Part shown: positions 30,640-41,264 of the stretch, piece after piece | How the letters are laid out: every line of letters begins with the position of its first letter | Numbering within the stretch: position 1 is the stretch's first letter | Assembly: GCA_021786945.1 (NCBI GenBank) | Contig: JAJYMK010000001.1 | Coordinates: forward strand, 794 to 64,793 | Length of the DNA stretch: 64,000 bases | Direction: 5' to 3' | Source of the DNA: a bacterium | Lineage (GTDB): Bacteria; Patescibacteriota; Minisyncoccia; UBA6257; 02-FULL-45-10c | The notes under the pieces: generated by a model | What the model was told of the DNA's origin: nothing | What the model saw: the letters and a program-made list of their open reading frames with translations, nothing else | Databases searched by the model: none | Translations under genes and position numbers: made by a program

Positions 30640-31146
30640 ATGCTCAAAACATCAATTAGCAATGCTTTATGGGGACTTATAACCATTGTATTCGGGTTAC
30701 TAATAGCAATTTTAGCCATCTCGGTAAAAAGCGCGGCCATTATGCTTCTTGCCGCATTTTTTGCCGGCACTAGCTTGCTACTCTTTGCTTTGTCCGTAAT
30801 CGAACTGGCAAATCATGAAAAAATTGTAGGTAAATATTTCCTTAAAAAATATTCAAGGGAAAGGAGGTTGGCAACTATCTCCAAAGCTGTTTGGCTTTGC
30901 AGAATAGACGACTACCCTGAATGGTGGAAGTCTCAAAAAGACCAAAATCTCGAAAGCGACCATGTAAGTTTTGGTGTTCTTGTCGCTATTCTCGGAGGAG
31001 TCATTGAGAAAGATGATGTGATTAAATATGGCAATCATCTGGAAAGCTGCCAAATATGCCAACATTATTATAAATCATGGATTCCGCTTATTTCCCGCAA
31101 AATAAAAAAACGGGAAAAGACAATAAAACAAAGCGGCCCTTTTTAA
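30640..31146 (+). CDS. Membrane protein with C-terminal HxxxCxxC zinc-finger-like motif
   Basis: Two TM helices; HLESCQICQ; AGGAGG RBS; terminator at 31130-31159. Confidence 0.65.
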   Translation: MLKTSISNALWGLITIVFGLLIAILAISVKSAAIMLLAAFFAGTSLLLFALSVIELANHEKIVGKYFLKKYSRERRLATISKAVWLCRIDDYPEWWKSQKDQNLESDHVSFGVLVAILGGVIEKDDVIKYGNHLESCQICQHYYKSWIPLISRKIKKREKTIKQSGPF

Positions 31147-31197
31147 GGGCCGCTTTTTTATTTGGCTAATTTTATTTTAATTTATTAAAATAAATAT

Positions 31198-33573
31198 ATG
31201 ACTATACAAATTATTTCCGGTCTAACTTCGGCCGAGGCAGAAAACAGAATAAAAAAATACGGACTAAATGACGTCGAAGAAAAAAGAACCGGGGTAGTAA
31301 AAAAATTTTTAGCCCCGCTCTACTCCCCTATATCTCTAATGTTGCTTGGAGCAGCGCTGCTTTCACGTCTAAGTAACAGAATTTTTGATGCATATTTTAT
31401 TTTAGCTTTATACTTTGTAAATTATTCGGTTCAAAGATGGCAAGAATTTAAGGCCGATAAAGCATTGGAACAAATAAGACAAAAATTGTCTTTTGATGTT
31501 TCGACTTTCCGTGATAATAAATGGTCACCGATAAACGCTAAATATCTGGTTCCCGGAGACAGAATAAGGCTTGGTTTGGGAAGCATAATTCCAGCCGATG
31601 CTACCGTGACTGCATCAAAAAACCTTTCAACAAACGAAGCGGTTCTTACGGGAGAATCATTGCCTAAAGAAAAAAAGATTGGGGATAAAATTTTTTCCGG
31701 ATCTTTTATAGCAACCGGCAATTTGGAAGCTGAGGTGGTGGCCACCGGAAAAAATACTTTTTTCGGTAAAACGATTTTTTCAATTGAAGCTCCAAAACAA
31801 AAAAGCATACTCGAAAAAGACATTCTTACAATAACCAGATTTCTTACTCTTATAAGTTTAGGCGCAGTTGCTATTCTCACGTTTGCCTTACTGATTAAAG
31901 GTTTTGGGATAAAAGACCTTCTCACTCTCGATTTAAGCCTTATAATAGCCGGAATTCCGATAGCATTGCCGGCGGTTATGGCAATTATTCTGAGTATCGG
32001 AGCCGCAGGACTAGCAAAAAAATTAGTGGTTGTAAGAAGACTCTCAGCGCTTCAAGATCTTGCCAATGTAAATATGCTTCTAACCGATAAAACCGGCACA
32101 CTTACTAAGAACAAAATAAGTATTGAGAACATAATTTCATATCAAAACGAATTATCTACTGAAAATATTGTAGAGCTGGCCCGTCTTGCAACGCTCGATG
32201 AAACTCCGGACGCAATAGATTTAGCTATAATTAAAAAATTTGAAGAGATAAAAGGCTCTACCGAAAATGCGGAAATATTAAATTTTATACCCTATGATTC
32301 GGAAAGAAAAAGATCGACGGTTCTTATTCAAAAAGGACAAGAAAAAATTCTAATAAGCATGGGTGCGCCGCAAATCATTCAGGCATTTGATGAATTTCCT
32401 TCCCCGGAATTAAAACAAAAATTTGAAAACGACATAAATGATGCGGCGGCAAAAGGTTTTAGGGTTCTGGCGGTGGCCATAAATAAAAAAAATGCTGAGG
32501 AAAAAAATATGACTATGGCCGGAATTTTATTTTTGGCTGATCCGCTGGATGAAGACTCTAAAGAAGTTATAAAGTTTTTGAAAGAAAACGGAATCGGAGT
32601 CAAAATGCTTACCGGAGACAACGAAATAATTACAAAAAGGATTTCAACAGAACTCGATCTTCCGGGAAAAATACTATCAGTAAAAGAAACGAGGGATTCA
32701 TACAATAAACCCGAAAGTGCCTTAGAGGAAATGAAGGACGCCGCGGCTTTTGCCGAAATTTTACCGAAAGATAAATATGAAATTGTTAAAATTTTTAAAT
32801 CAAAATATATAGTCGCTGCAACCGGTGATGGTATAAATGATCTACCGGCATTAAAAATTGCGAATGTCGGCATAGCTGTTTCGGGTGCTGTTACTGCCCT
32901 GAAAAGTTTAGCCGATATAGTATTACTCGGCCAAGGCCTTTCTGTAATTAAAGACGCCATTATTGAATCAAGAAAAATATTCGTGCGTCTCTATAATTAT
33001 TCAATCTATAGAATATCCGAAAGTTTCAGATTAATAATAACTATCTTGGTGCTGGGAATTATGTATGGATCTTATCCTCTCCAGCCACTGCAATTGATTT
33101 TATTGGCATTTTTAAACGATGTTCCAATTATCTCACTTGCATTTGATAGGGTTAAAATTTCTTCGGAACCGGCCAGAATAAAGACAAGAGAAAGATTTTC
33201 ATTGAGTCTTTTATTCGGATTTGTCGGCATATTGAACAGCATCTGCTTATTTGTTCTGACACTAAACATTCTTCATTTTCCGATTGAAATAATCCAAACT
33301 ATGTTTTTCTTGAAACTAACCATTTCCGGACACGCACTTATTTTTGTGGCCCATACCAAAGAAAGATGGTACAAATTCTTGCCCAGTAAGGAAGTTATTA
33401 TGGCTACTATCGGCACGCAAATAATAGCTACCGGGCTAGCCGTATCCGGCTATTTAATGCCAAGTAAAATATCATGGCCAATGGCTCTCTTTGTGTGGGT
33501 TTGGGCCTTGATATGGATGCAAATAACCGAACTAACAAAAGATCTTCAGGAAAAATTTGTAAAAAAAGATTAA
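31198..33573 (+). CDS. P-type ATPase, plasma-membrane H+-efflux (P3A)-like
   Basis: TGES, IPIALP, DKTGTLT, MLTGDN, TGDGIND, LND. Confidence 0.85.
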   Translation: MTIQIISGLTSAEAENRIKKYGLNDVEEKRTGVVKKFLAPLYSPISLMLLGAALLSRLSNRIFDAYFILALYFVNYSVQRWQEFKADKALEQIRQKLSFDVSTFRDNKWSPINAKYLVPGDRIRLGLGSIIPADATVTASKNLSTNEAVLTGESLPKEKKIGDKIFSGSFIATGNLEAEVVATGKNTFFGKTIFSIEAPKQKSILEKDILTITRFLTLISLGAVAILTFALLIKGFGIKDLLTLDLSLIIAGIPIALPAVMAIILSIGAAGLAKKLVVVRRLSALQDLANVNMLLTDKTGTLTKNKISIENIISYQNELSTENIVELARLATLDETPDAIDLAIIKKFEEIKGSTENAEILNFIPYDSERKRSTVLIQKGQEKILISMGAPQIIQAFDEFPSPELKQKFENDINDAAAKGFRVLAVAINKKNAEEKNMTMAGILFLADPLDEDSKEVIKFLKENGIGVKMLTGDNEIITKRISTELDLPGKILSVKETRDSYNKPESALEEMKDAAAFAEILPKDKYEIVKIFKSKYIVAATGDGINDLPALKIANVGIAVSGAVTALKSLADIVLLGQGLSVIKDAIIESRKIFVRLYNYSIYRISESFRLIITILVLGIMYGSYPLQPLQLILLAFLNDVPIISLAFDRVKISSEPARIKTRERFSLSLLFGFVGILNSICLFVLTLNILHFPIEIIQTMFFLKLTISGHALIFVAHTKERWYKFLPSKEVIMATIGTQIIATGLAVSGYLMPSKISWPMALFVWVWALIWMQITELTKDLQEKFVKKD

Positions 33574-33638
33574 TTTTTTAAAAAAACCGGTTTGCATAAC
33601 CGGTTTTAAATTGATAGAATTATTTAAAATAAATAAAA

Positions 33639-33858
33639 AGGCGTCGACGCTGCCAACACAGCTGAGCCGGGAGAAGAAAAGTCTGCCGTCGTTAAAACTT
33701 TGGCAAGACACAGTAAACCTCCCCGGGTTTGCCCGTTATAGCTTAATGAGGTTTAGCTAAAAACTAAACAAAGTAAGGTGGCACCGCATTAAATATAAAT
33801 TGAATGCCCTTACAAAGTTATCAAACAGTCGTTGATAATTTTGTAGGGGCATTTTTAT
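33639..33858 (+). promoter_or_regulatory. T-box riboswitch leader of aspS
   Basis: AAGGTGGCACCGC T-box at about 33775-33787, CCCGTTA box, candidate Asp specifier GAC at 33707-33709, terminator tgcccttacaaa...tttgtaggggca-ttttt. Confidence 0.8.
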
Positions 33859-33886
33859 TCCCACACTTAATTAATTAAGTGTGGGA
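33859..33886. repeat. Perfect 28-bp palindrome, CCCRCAC family
   Basis: tcccacacttaattaattaagtgtggga. Confidence 0.75.
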
Positions 33887-33911
33887 CAAATAAAAAAATA
33901 AAAATAAAAAA

Positions 33912-35318
33912 ATGCAAAGAACATATATAAAAGAATTAAAAAATAAAGTTGGGGAAGAAGTCAGTATTTCCTGCTGGGTGGATATAAGACGCGATCACGG
34001 AAAATTAATATTCGTGGATTTGCGCGATATGTCCGGCAAAGTCCAAGCCGTAGCGCTTCCCAACCACAAAGAAGCTGTGGCTGTAGCAAGCACCATAAGA
34101 CCAGAGTGGGTTGTAGAAGTAACCGGCAAAGTGAATCCTCGTCCAGAAAAACTCGTTAATAAAAATGAAGAAAATGGCGCAATTGAATTGGAAATAATTT
34201 CCATAAACGTACTGAATGAAGCGCTTACACCACCTCTTGACCCTCGTGGAGACGGCCGGGAAATAGATGAAGAAGTCAGACTAAAATACCGCTACTTAGA
34301 CTTGCGCAGGCCAAGAATGCAAAAAAATATAAGAAATAGACACAAAGTTTTGAAATTCGTAAGAGACTTCCTTGATAAAGAAGGATTTATTGAAATAGAA
34401 ACACCAAACCTTACCAAATCAACTCCGGAAGGATCTAGGGATTACATTGTCCCCTCCAGACTTGAACAGGGAAAATTCTACGCTCTTCCGCAATCTCCTC
34501 AGCAATACAAACAACTTCTGATGGCCGCCGGAATGGAAAAATATTTCCAGGTAGCCAGGTGTTTCAGAGATGAGGATACCCGCGGAGACAGACAGCCGGA
34601 ATTTACCCAACTTGATATGGAAATGAGTTTCCCAACACAAGAGGAAATAATTCAGCTCAATGAAAAAATGATGATTGAGCTGGTTAAAACCATTTATCCG
34701 GAAAAAGAAATCCAGCAAATTCCATTTCCACGCCTTACCTATAAAGAAGCGATGGAAAAATATAATTCCGATAAACCGGATTTACGAAAAGACAAAAACA
34801 ATCCGAATCTCTTAGCTTTTTGCTGGGTAGTTGATTTTCCGATGTTTGAAAAAACCGATGACGGAAAATGGACATTCACCCACAACCCATTCTCGGCAGC
34901 GCAGCCACAGCACATAGAAGATCTGATGGAAAAGAAAAATATAGAAAACATTCTGGCTGCCCAATACGATATCGCTCTTAACGGCTGCGAAATTGGCGGC
35001 GGCAGCATCCGAAATCACAAACCTGAAGCTCTCAAAAAAGTATTCCAGATTATGGGCTATGAAGACGAAAGAATTGAAAATAATTTCGGCCATATGTTGA
35101 AAGCTTTTGAAATGGGCACACCCCCTCATGGCGGAATTGCCTGGGGTATAGACCGTCTTATTATGTTTTTGGAAAATGAGCCAAATATCCGCGAAGTAAT
35201 TGCTTTTGCCAAAACCGGTGAAGGAAAAGACTTAATGATGGATTCGCCGTCGGAAGTTTCCACCGAACAGCTCAAAGAGCTCGGCATTAAAATAGATAAG
35301 CCAGAAAAAAAGAAATAA
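33912..35318 (+). CDS. aspS: Aspartate--tRNA ligase, short form without GAD domain
   Basis: RDHG, YRYLDLRR, PQSPQQYKQLLM, FRDED..DRQPEFTQ, PPHGGIAWGIDR. Confidence 0.95.
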   Translation: MQRTYIKELKNKVGEEVSISCWVDIRRDHGKLIFVDLRDMSGKVQAVALPNHKEAVAVASTIRPEWVVEVTGKVNPRPEKLVNKNEENGAIELEIISINVLNEALTPPLDPRGDGREIDEEVRLKYRYLDLRRPRMQKNIRNRHKVLKFVRDFLDKEGFIEIETPNLTKSTPEGSRDYIVPSRLEQGKFYALPQSPQQYKQLLMAAGMEKYFQVARCFRDEDTRGDRQPEFTQLDMEMSFPTQEEIIQLNEKMMIELVKTIYPEKEIQQIPFPRLTYKEAMEKYNSDKPDLRKDKNNPNLLAFCWVVDFPMFEKTDDGKWTFTHNPFSAAQPQHIEDLMEKKNIENILAAQYDIALNGCEIGGGSIRNHKPEALKKVFQIMGYEDERIENNFGHMLKAFEMGTPPHGGIAWGIDRLIMFLENEPNIREVIAFAKTGEGKDLMMDSPSEVSTEQLKELGIKIDKPEKKK

Positions 35319-35319
35319 A

Positions 35320-36360
35320 ATGCCGGATAAAAAAACCAAAATAATTTTATCTATAGAAACCAGCTGTGACGAAACCGCCATCGCTGTATTGAAATGCTCC
35401 GGAAACATAAAAAAACCGATTTTTAAAATTATCGCCAATGAAGTTTCTTCACAAATAAAAATACATAGGCCTTTCGGCGGAGTTGTTCCCAACCTGGCAA
35501 AACGCGAACACATAAAAAATCTTCCGAAGATTTACCAAAAAATAAAAAAAGAAGTTGTTGGGCTAGAAAGGAAAATTGATCTGGTAAGTGTAACAGTAGG
35601 GCCGGGATTGGAACCGGCGCTTTGGACAGGAATCACTTTTGCCCAAGATTTGGCGCAAAAAATAAAAAAGCCATTAATAGGAGCCAATCATATGGAAGGG
35701 CACCTCTTCGGTTTTTTACTTTCGGAGCAGGAAAATAAATTAGATTTTCCGGCTATCGGACTGGTGGTGAGCGGCGGACACACCGTTCTTCTGAAAATGA
35801 CCAGTCTGACCAAATGGGAAAAACTAGGAGAAACAGTCGACGATGCCGTCGGCGAAGCTTTTGATAAAGTCGCCAGAATTCTGGATCTTCCCTACCCCGG
35901 CGGACCGGAAATTGAGAGACTCGCCCTGAGCCTGCCGAAGGGAGAAAAACCATCTATAAACTTTCCCAGACCAATGCTGAATCAACACAACTACGACTTC
36001 AGTTTTTCCGGATTAAAAACTTCGGTGCTTTATTATTTGCGAGACAACCCCAAAACCAATAAAGCCAATATTGCCGCTTCTTTTCAGCAAGCCGCAATAG
36101 ACGTATTAACTAAAAAAGCCATGAAAGCCGCTGAAGAATTTTCCGCCAAATCAATAATTCTCTGTGGGGGTGTAGCCTGCAATAAAACACTGCGTGAAAC
36201 AATCAGAAAAGAATCCGAAAAAAGAGGTTTAAGTTTTTTTGCCCCGGAAATGAAATTTAATACCGATAATGCCGCTATGATAGGCGCAGCTACATATATT
36301 CATATCCTGGCCAAGAAAAAATCACTTAAAATTGAAGCTGATTCAACTTTGAATCTATAA
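35320..36360 (+). CDS. tsaD: tRNA N6-threonylcarbamoyltransferase TsaD
   Basis: IETSCDET, NHMEGH, SGGHT, DDAVGEAFDK, TDNAAMI. Confidence 0.97.
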   Translation: MPDKKTKIILSIETSCDETAIAVLKCSGNIKKPIFKIIANEVSSQIKIHRPFGGVVPNLAKREHIKNLPKIYQKIKKEVVGLERKIDLVSVTVGPGLEPALWTGITFAQDLAQKIKKPLIGANHMEGHLFGFLLSEQENKLDFPAIGLVVSGGHTVLLKMTSLTKWEKLGETVDDAVGEAFDKVARILDLPYPGGPEIERLALSLPKGEKPSINFPRPMLNQHNYDFSFSGLKTSVLYYLRDNPKTNKANIAASFQQAAIDVLTKKAMKAAEEFSAKSIILCGGVACNKTLRETIRKESEKRGLSFFAPEMKFNTDNAAMIGAATYIHILAKKKSLKIEADSTLNL

Positions 36361-36438
36361 AAAACAATAATAAAAAATAAAAAGGGCCCAGATCGGGCTC
36401 CTTTTATTTTTTATCAAAAAGTCTCTATAATATAAATC

Positions 36439-38664
36439 ATGAATAAAGAACTTTCTCCGCAATACGACTCCAAACAAATCGAGGACAATATCTATAAAAT
36501 ATGGGAAGAATCGGGATATTTTAATCCGGATAATCTGCCTACAACCCACAAAAAACCGTTTACCATAATAATGCCGCCGCCGAATGCCAATGGCTCTCTT
36601 CATATCGGCCACGCGTTGTTCGTAACACTCCAGGATATAATGATCCGCTATCAAAGAATGAGGGGCCGAAAAACACTCTGGCTTCCGGGTGCAGACCATG
36701 CCGGCTTCGAAACCCAGGTTGTTTATAATAAAAAATTGGAAAAAGAAGGAAGATCTTTCTGGGAAATTCCCCGGGAACAGCTTTATAACGAAATAAAGGA
36801 TTTCACTTTGGCCAATAAAAAATACATGGAAGGCCAGCTCAAAAAGCTCGGCGCCAGCTGTGATTGGTCCAGGGAAAAATTTACATTAGACGAAGATGTC
36901 AAAAAAGTTGTCTGTGAAACATTCGAAAAACTTTACAATGATGGCTTGGTTTACCGCGCCGAAAAGCCGGTAAACTGGTGCACCAAACACCAAACCACCC
37001 TTTCCGATCTCGAAATAAAATATGAAGAAAAACAAGACAAGCTTTACTATATAAAATACAAAGTTTCTCCTTCGGCAAGCTCGGGACAAGTTGATGAATA
37101 TATCGAAGTGGCCACCACCCGTCCGGAAACAATTCCGGCAGATATCGCCGTAGCCGTACATCCCAAATCTAAATGGGCCAAGTTTATCGGCAAAAAAGTT
37201 ATCAATCCCCTGACCAAAAAAGAAATTCCGGTTTTATCCGACATGGTAGTAGATCTTACTTTTGGAACCGGAGCTTTAAAAATTACTCCATTCCACGATC
37301 CCGTAGACTTTATGGTCTGGCAAAATCACAAAAATGAAATAACCATTCAGCCGTTTTCGGTAATAAACCAGTACGGAAAAATGACCGCGGAAGCCGGGAC
37401 GGATTTGGCCGGATTAAAAGTCAAAGAGGCCAGGGAAAAATCCATTGAGCTTTTGCGCCCAGTCCTAGTTAAAGAACCGGAAGACTATAAACACCAAGTT
37501 TCTGTCTGCTACAAATGCGGCACAACAATCGAGCCCAGAATAATGATGCAGTGGTTCGTTAAAATGACGGAAAAACCGGCGGGTAATCCTTCGGCAAAGC
37601 TCAGGACAAGAAAATCTTTGCGCGATCTCGCTGTAGACGCGGTAAAATCAAAAAAAATAAAATTTATTCCTGCCAGATTTGAAAAAATATTCATGCACTG
37701 GATGAAAAACCTGCATGACTGGAATATTTCCAGGCAAATTGTCTGGGGTATACAGATACCTGTTTGGTACTGTCAGGATAAAACTAACGAAATCTGCAAA
37801 AAAAATGATGGAGTGATAGTTAGTTCTAAAAATCCGGAAAAATGCCCACACTGTGGATCCAATAATTTAAAACAAGAAACCGACGTATTTGATACCTGGT
37901 TCTCTTCGGGACAATGGCCATATGCCACATTAATGACCACAAAAGAATGCGATTTTAAAAAATATTATCCGACCGACGTCATGGAAACCGGCTGGGATAT
38001 TTTGTTCTTCTGGGTAACCAGAATGATAATGTTCGGGCTTTATCGTACCGGTAAAATTCCTTTTAAAGACGTCTATCTTCACGGATTAGTACGTGATAAG
38101 GACAGGCAAAAAATGTCCAAATCCAAAGGCAATGTAATTAATCCCTTGGAAGTCGCGGAAATCTACGGCACCGACGCTGTTCGAATGGCGCTTATTGTCG
38201 GTACCACGGCCGGAAACGATCCGATAATTTCCGAGGACAAAATCCGTGGTTACAGAAATTTCGCCACAAAAATATGGAATGCTTCCCGTTTCGTCCTGAT
38301 GAATTACAAAAAAATTGATGTTAAACCAAAACTTACATCAGCCGACAAAAAAAATCTTAAAGATCTTGAAAGTGCCAAGAAAAAAATAACCAAATATTTG
38401 GATAAATACGACTTTAACCATGCCGCCGAAACCGCCTATCATTATTTCTGGCACACCTTGGCCGACAAAGTGATAGAACAAAGCAAACCAAGAATAAAAT
38501 CGGAAAATCTAGCCGACGCTGCAGCCGCTCAAGAAACTTTGATAAAAATTTTGGGAGAATCCATGAAGCTCCTGCATCCATTCATGCCGTTTATTACGGA
38601 ACAGATATATCAAATACTTCCTACTACTAAAGAAAAGTCTCTTTTGATGATAGAAAAGTGGTAA
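36439..38664 (+). CDS. valS: Valine--tRNA ligase
   Basis: PPPNANGSLHIGH, DWNISRQ, DTWFSS, KMSKS. Confidence 0.96.
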   Translation: MNKELSPQYDSKQIEDNIYKIWEESGYFNPDNLPTTHKKPFTIIMPPPNANGSLHIGHALFVTLQDIMIRYQRMRGRKTLWLPGADHAGFETQVVYNKKLEKEGRSFWEIPREQLYNEIKDFTLANKKYMEGQLKKLGASCDWSREKFTLDEDVKKVVCETFEKLYNDGLVYRAEKPVNWCTKHQTTLSDLEIKYEEKQDKLYYIKYKVSPSASSGQVDEYIEVATTRPETIPADIAVAVHPKSKWAKFIGKKVINPLTKKEIPVLSDMVVDLTFGTGALKITPFHDPVDFMVWQNHKNEITIQPFSVINQYGKMTAEAGTDLAGLKVKEAREKSIELLRPVLVKEPEDYKHQVSVCYKCGTTIEPRIMMQWFVKMTEKPAGNPSAKLRTRKSLRDLAVDAVKSKKIKFIPARFEKIFMHWMKNLHDWNISRQIVWGIQIPVWYCQDKTNEICKKNDGVIVSSKNPEKCPHCGSNNLKQETDVFDTWFSSGQWPYATLMTTKECDFKKYYPTDVMETGWDILFFWVTRMIMFGLYRTGKIPFKDVYLHGLVRDKDRQKMSKSKGNVINPLEVAEIYGTDAVRMALIVGTTAGNDPIISEDKIRGYRNFATKIWNASRFVLMNYKKIDVKPKLTSADKKNLKDLESAKKKITKYLDKYDFNHAAETAYHYFWHTLADKVIEQSKPRIKSENLADAAAAQETLIKILGESMKLLHPFMPFITEQIYQILPTTKEKSLLMIEKW

Positions 38665-38673
38665 AATTATAGT

Positions 38674-39321
38674 ATGGAATTTTGGCCGCTTATATTAGGA
38701 CTACTACCCTCTATCGCTTGGCTGATTTTTTATTTAAGTGAAGATAAGAATCCCGAACCAAAAAAAACGCTCTTTTTAGCCTTTCTAGCCGGAAGCATTA
38801 CAACATTTGTTGTCTTGACTGTCCAAATATTCGCCAATAAATTTGCCATAAATATAGGCATTCAAGAACATAGCCCTGTATCATTTTTTATTTTAGGTGG
38901 CCTGGAAGAACTGTTTAAATTTGGCGCTGTTTATTGGGTTATAAGCAAAAGACCGGAATTTGATGAACCAATAGATGCGATGATATATATGATTACCGCA
39001 GCACTTGGCTTTGCCGCCGTTGAAAATATTTCTGCCGCCTACAGCGCCTCACTTCCTACAGCTCTAGAAACAACGACTTTAAGATTTTTTGGCGCCACCC
39101 TTCTCCACACGCTTTGTTCGGGATTAGTGGGTTATTACTGGGCCAAATCCATATTGAACAATAAAAAAAATATACTTATATTTGGGCTTACTTTAGCAGC
39201 TTTATTGCATGCAATATTCAACTACCTTATAATTAAATATGAACCAGTAATAGTTCCAACAATTTTCTTAATTGTATTTGCACTTTTCATACTTCACGAT
39301 TTTGAAAAGCTCAAAAAATAA
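38674..39321 (+). CDS. prsW: PrsW family intramembrane metalloprotease
   Basis: PEP, EELFK, LGFAAVEN, two conserved His motifs. Confidence 0.88.
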   Translation: MEFWPLILGLLPSIAWLIFYLSEDKNPEPKKTLFLAFLAGSITTFVVLTVQIFANKFAINIGIQEHSPVSFFILGGLEELFKFGAVYWVISKRPEFDEPIDAMIYMITAALGFAAVENISAAYSASLPTALETTTLRFFGATLLHTLCSGLVGYYWAKSILNNKKNILIFGLTLAALLHAIFNYLIIKYEPVIVPTIFLIVFALFILHDFEKLKK

Positions 39322-39344
39322 ATCAATTTAAAAAAATAAAAAAT

Positions 39345-39878
39345 ATGGATCAAGATTCCAAAAAATTTTTCGAAGAATTGGCCGGGGCAAACTCCGAAGA
39401 ACCAAAGACTTTAAAAATAACCGATGAGGAAGAATTTGACGAAGAAGAAGATAAGATAGATAAAAAAAATAAAGAAAAAAAGATTAAGAGTATTGCCGCT
39501 GAAAATACAGAAGAAAAAGATGCAAGCAATGAAATTTTTGAAGAAGGAGAGGGTCAACTAACTATTGATGTTTATCAAAATCCAGACGAAATAATAGTTG
39601 AATCAACAATTGCCGGAGTAAAACCAGAAGATTTAGATATCGCCATCACCAACGAAGCCGTGACAATCCGCGGTAAACGAGAAAAACAAGAAACTATTAA
39701 AGATGAGGACTATTTCTATCAGGAGTGTTACTGGGGTAAATTTTCCAGGTCTATTATATTGCCTCAAGAAATAGATTCTGAAAAAGCTACAGCCTCACTT
39801 AAAAATGGAATTCTGACAATAAAACTCCCAAAGCTTAATAGGCAAAAAACCAAAAAACTTAAAGTAAAATTCGATTAA
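39345..39878 (+). CDS. Hsp20/alpha-crystallin family protein
   Basis: GQLTIDVY, ECYWGKFSRSIILP, NGILTIKLPK; terminator at 39887-39920. Confidence 0.92.
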   Translation: MDQDSKKFFEELAGANSEEPKTLKITDEEEFDEEEDKIDKKNKEKKIKSIAAENTEEKDASNEIFEEGEGQLTIDVYQNPDEIIVESTIAGVKPEDLDIAITNEAVTIRGKREKQETIKDEDYFYQECYWGKFSRSIILPQEIDSEKATASLKNGILTIKLPKLNRQKTKKLKVKFD

Positions 39879-40008
39879 ATCCAACCAAACAACCCCCTCT
39901 TTAAAGAGGGGGTTGTTTTTTAATTTTGCATGTACTAGGTTAAAAGTATATAAGTACTTTAAATTTTAAATAAGTAAGTCTGCTGGGACAAATTCTATAG
40001 GAGGGGTT

Positions 40009-40983
40009 ATGAATCTCGGAAAAATCGGGATCATCTTCAATGGCGGTGGTTTTGCCGGTGCCTTCAGCGTGGGATACATAAAAGCGCTGTGGGAATGCGG
40101 CGTAAGGCCTTCGCATGTCCAGGGAATTTCCGTAGGCGCCTTAAACGCCGCGAAAATCCTGGAATATGAAAACGCCAAAGAACTGGAAAAGATTTGGCTT
40201 GAAATAGAAAAGGCCAAAGCTTCAACGGTTTTTAACTGGAAAGATATACCTCAGAATCTTTGGAAAAAAGCGCCTGCGCTTTTTTCAAACAAGGGCCTCT
40301 GGGATATTATCCAGAAATTAGACATGGAGAAGATAGTAAATTCTCCCATGGAGCTGCAAATAGTGACCTACAACGAGAGCAAGGGTGAAAAAGAAGTTTT
40401 TTCAACAAAAAACCAGAGATTTATAAAAAATCCCGGACTGTTCAAGCAAATCATCTTGGCCTCGGCTTCTATTCCAGGGGTTCTGCCCAGAGTAAAAATC
40501 GGCGATGATTTTCACTCTGACGGAATTTATTTTTCTCTGGAACCGATGATTGAAACCGGATGCGATACAATCTTTTTATTCCTTAACGATCAGTATATGG
40601 AACAAAGCCAGCGCTGGGATGAAAGATTGTTCAACATGAAAAACTCCCTTTATGAAGAAGTTGTTTCTTTCAGAATAAAGGAAGTTCTCAAAGAGCATCC
40701 GGACTTCACCTTGATAAATGAGGCCCTCGATGAAGAAACTGCATCTCTGCCACCCATACTAAAAAGGATAAAAAGCATACGCCAGCAGATAAGAAGCATG
40801 GCTGCATCAGTAGTGAACGGCGATGATATAAACTTCGTACAACACCGTATAATCATCCTGAACACGCGAACGCCCATCTCCACGCTTCATGCAACCGCAT
40901 TTGAAGTTGGAGATATCAAAGCCGCAATCGAACAGGGCTACGACCAAGCTTCGGTTTTACTAAAAAAACTTGGTATGTGCTAA
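40009..40983 (+). CDS. Patatin-like phospholipase
   Basis: GGGFAG, GISVG, ASASIP, DG motifs. Confidence 0.88.
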   Translation: MNLGKIGIIFNGGGFAGAFSVGYIKALWECGVRPSHVQGISVGALNAAKILEYENAKELEKIWLEIEKAKASTVFNWKDIPQNLWKKAPALFSNKGLWDIIQKLDMEKIVNSPMELQIVTYNESKGEKEVFSTKNQRFIKNPGLFKQIILASASIPGVLPRVKIGDDFHSDGIYFSLEPMIETGCDTIFLFLNDQYMEQSQRWDERLFNMKNSLYEEVVSFRIKEVLKEHPDFTLINEALDEETASLPPILKRIKSIRQQIRSMAASVVNGDDINFVQHRIIILNTRTPISTLHATAFEVGDIKAAIEQGYDQASVLLKKLGMC

Positions 40984-41027
40984 AAAAATAATCCCCTCAC
41001 TCGTGAGAGTGGGGGGATTTTATTTTG

Positions 41028-41111
41028 TGCTCGGGGCCGGAATCGAACCGGCACGCCTTTGAGGGCGGCAGATCTTAAGTCTGCTGCGTCTGCCAGTTTC
41101 GCCACCCGAGC
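41028..41111 (-). tRNA. tRNA-Leu(TAA)
   Basis: Reverse complement GCTCGGGTGGCGAAACTGGCAGACG...CTTAAGA...long variable arm...GGTTCGATTCCGGCCCCGAGCA. Confidence 0.93.
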
Positions 41112-41168
41112 ATTATCCTAACGGACAGATATAAAACATTATAAACAAACTTCTGTATTTTTCAATTG

Positions 41169-41240
41169 AGGCGCGGGTGGGAATCGAACCCACGTATAGT
41201 TGTTTTGCAGACAACTGCCTTACCACTTGGCTACCGCGCC
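41169..41240 (-). tRNA. tRNA-Cys(GCA)
   Basis: Reverse complement GGCGCGGTAGCCAAGTGGTAAGG...CTGCAAA...GGTTCGATTCCCACCCGCGCCT. Confidence 0.95.
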
Positions 41241-41264
41241 GGAAAAACTATTTAAAATAATAGG

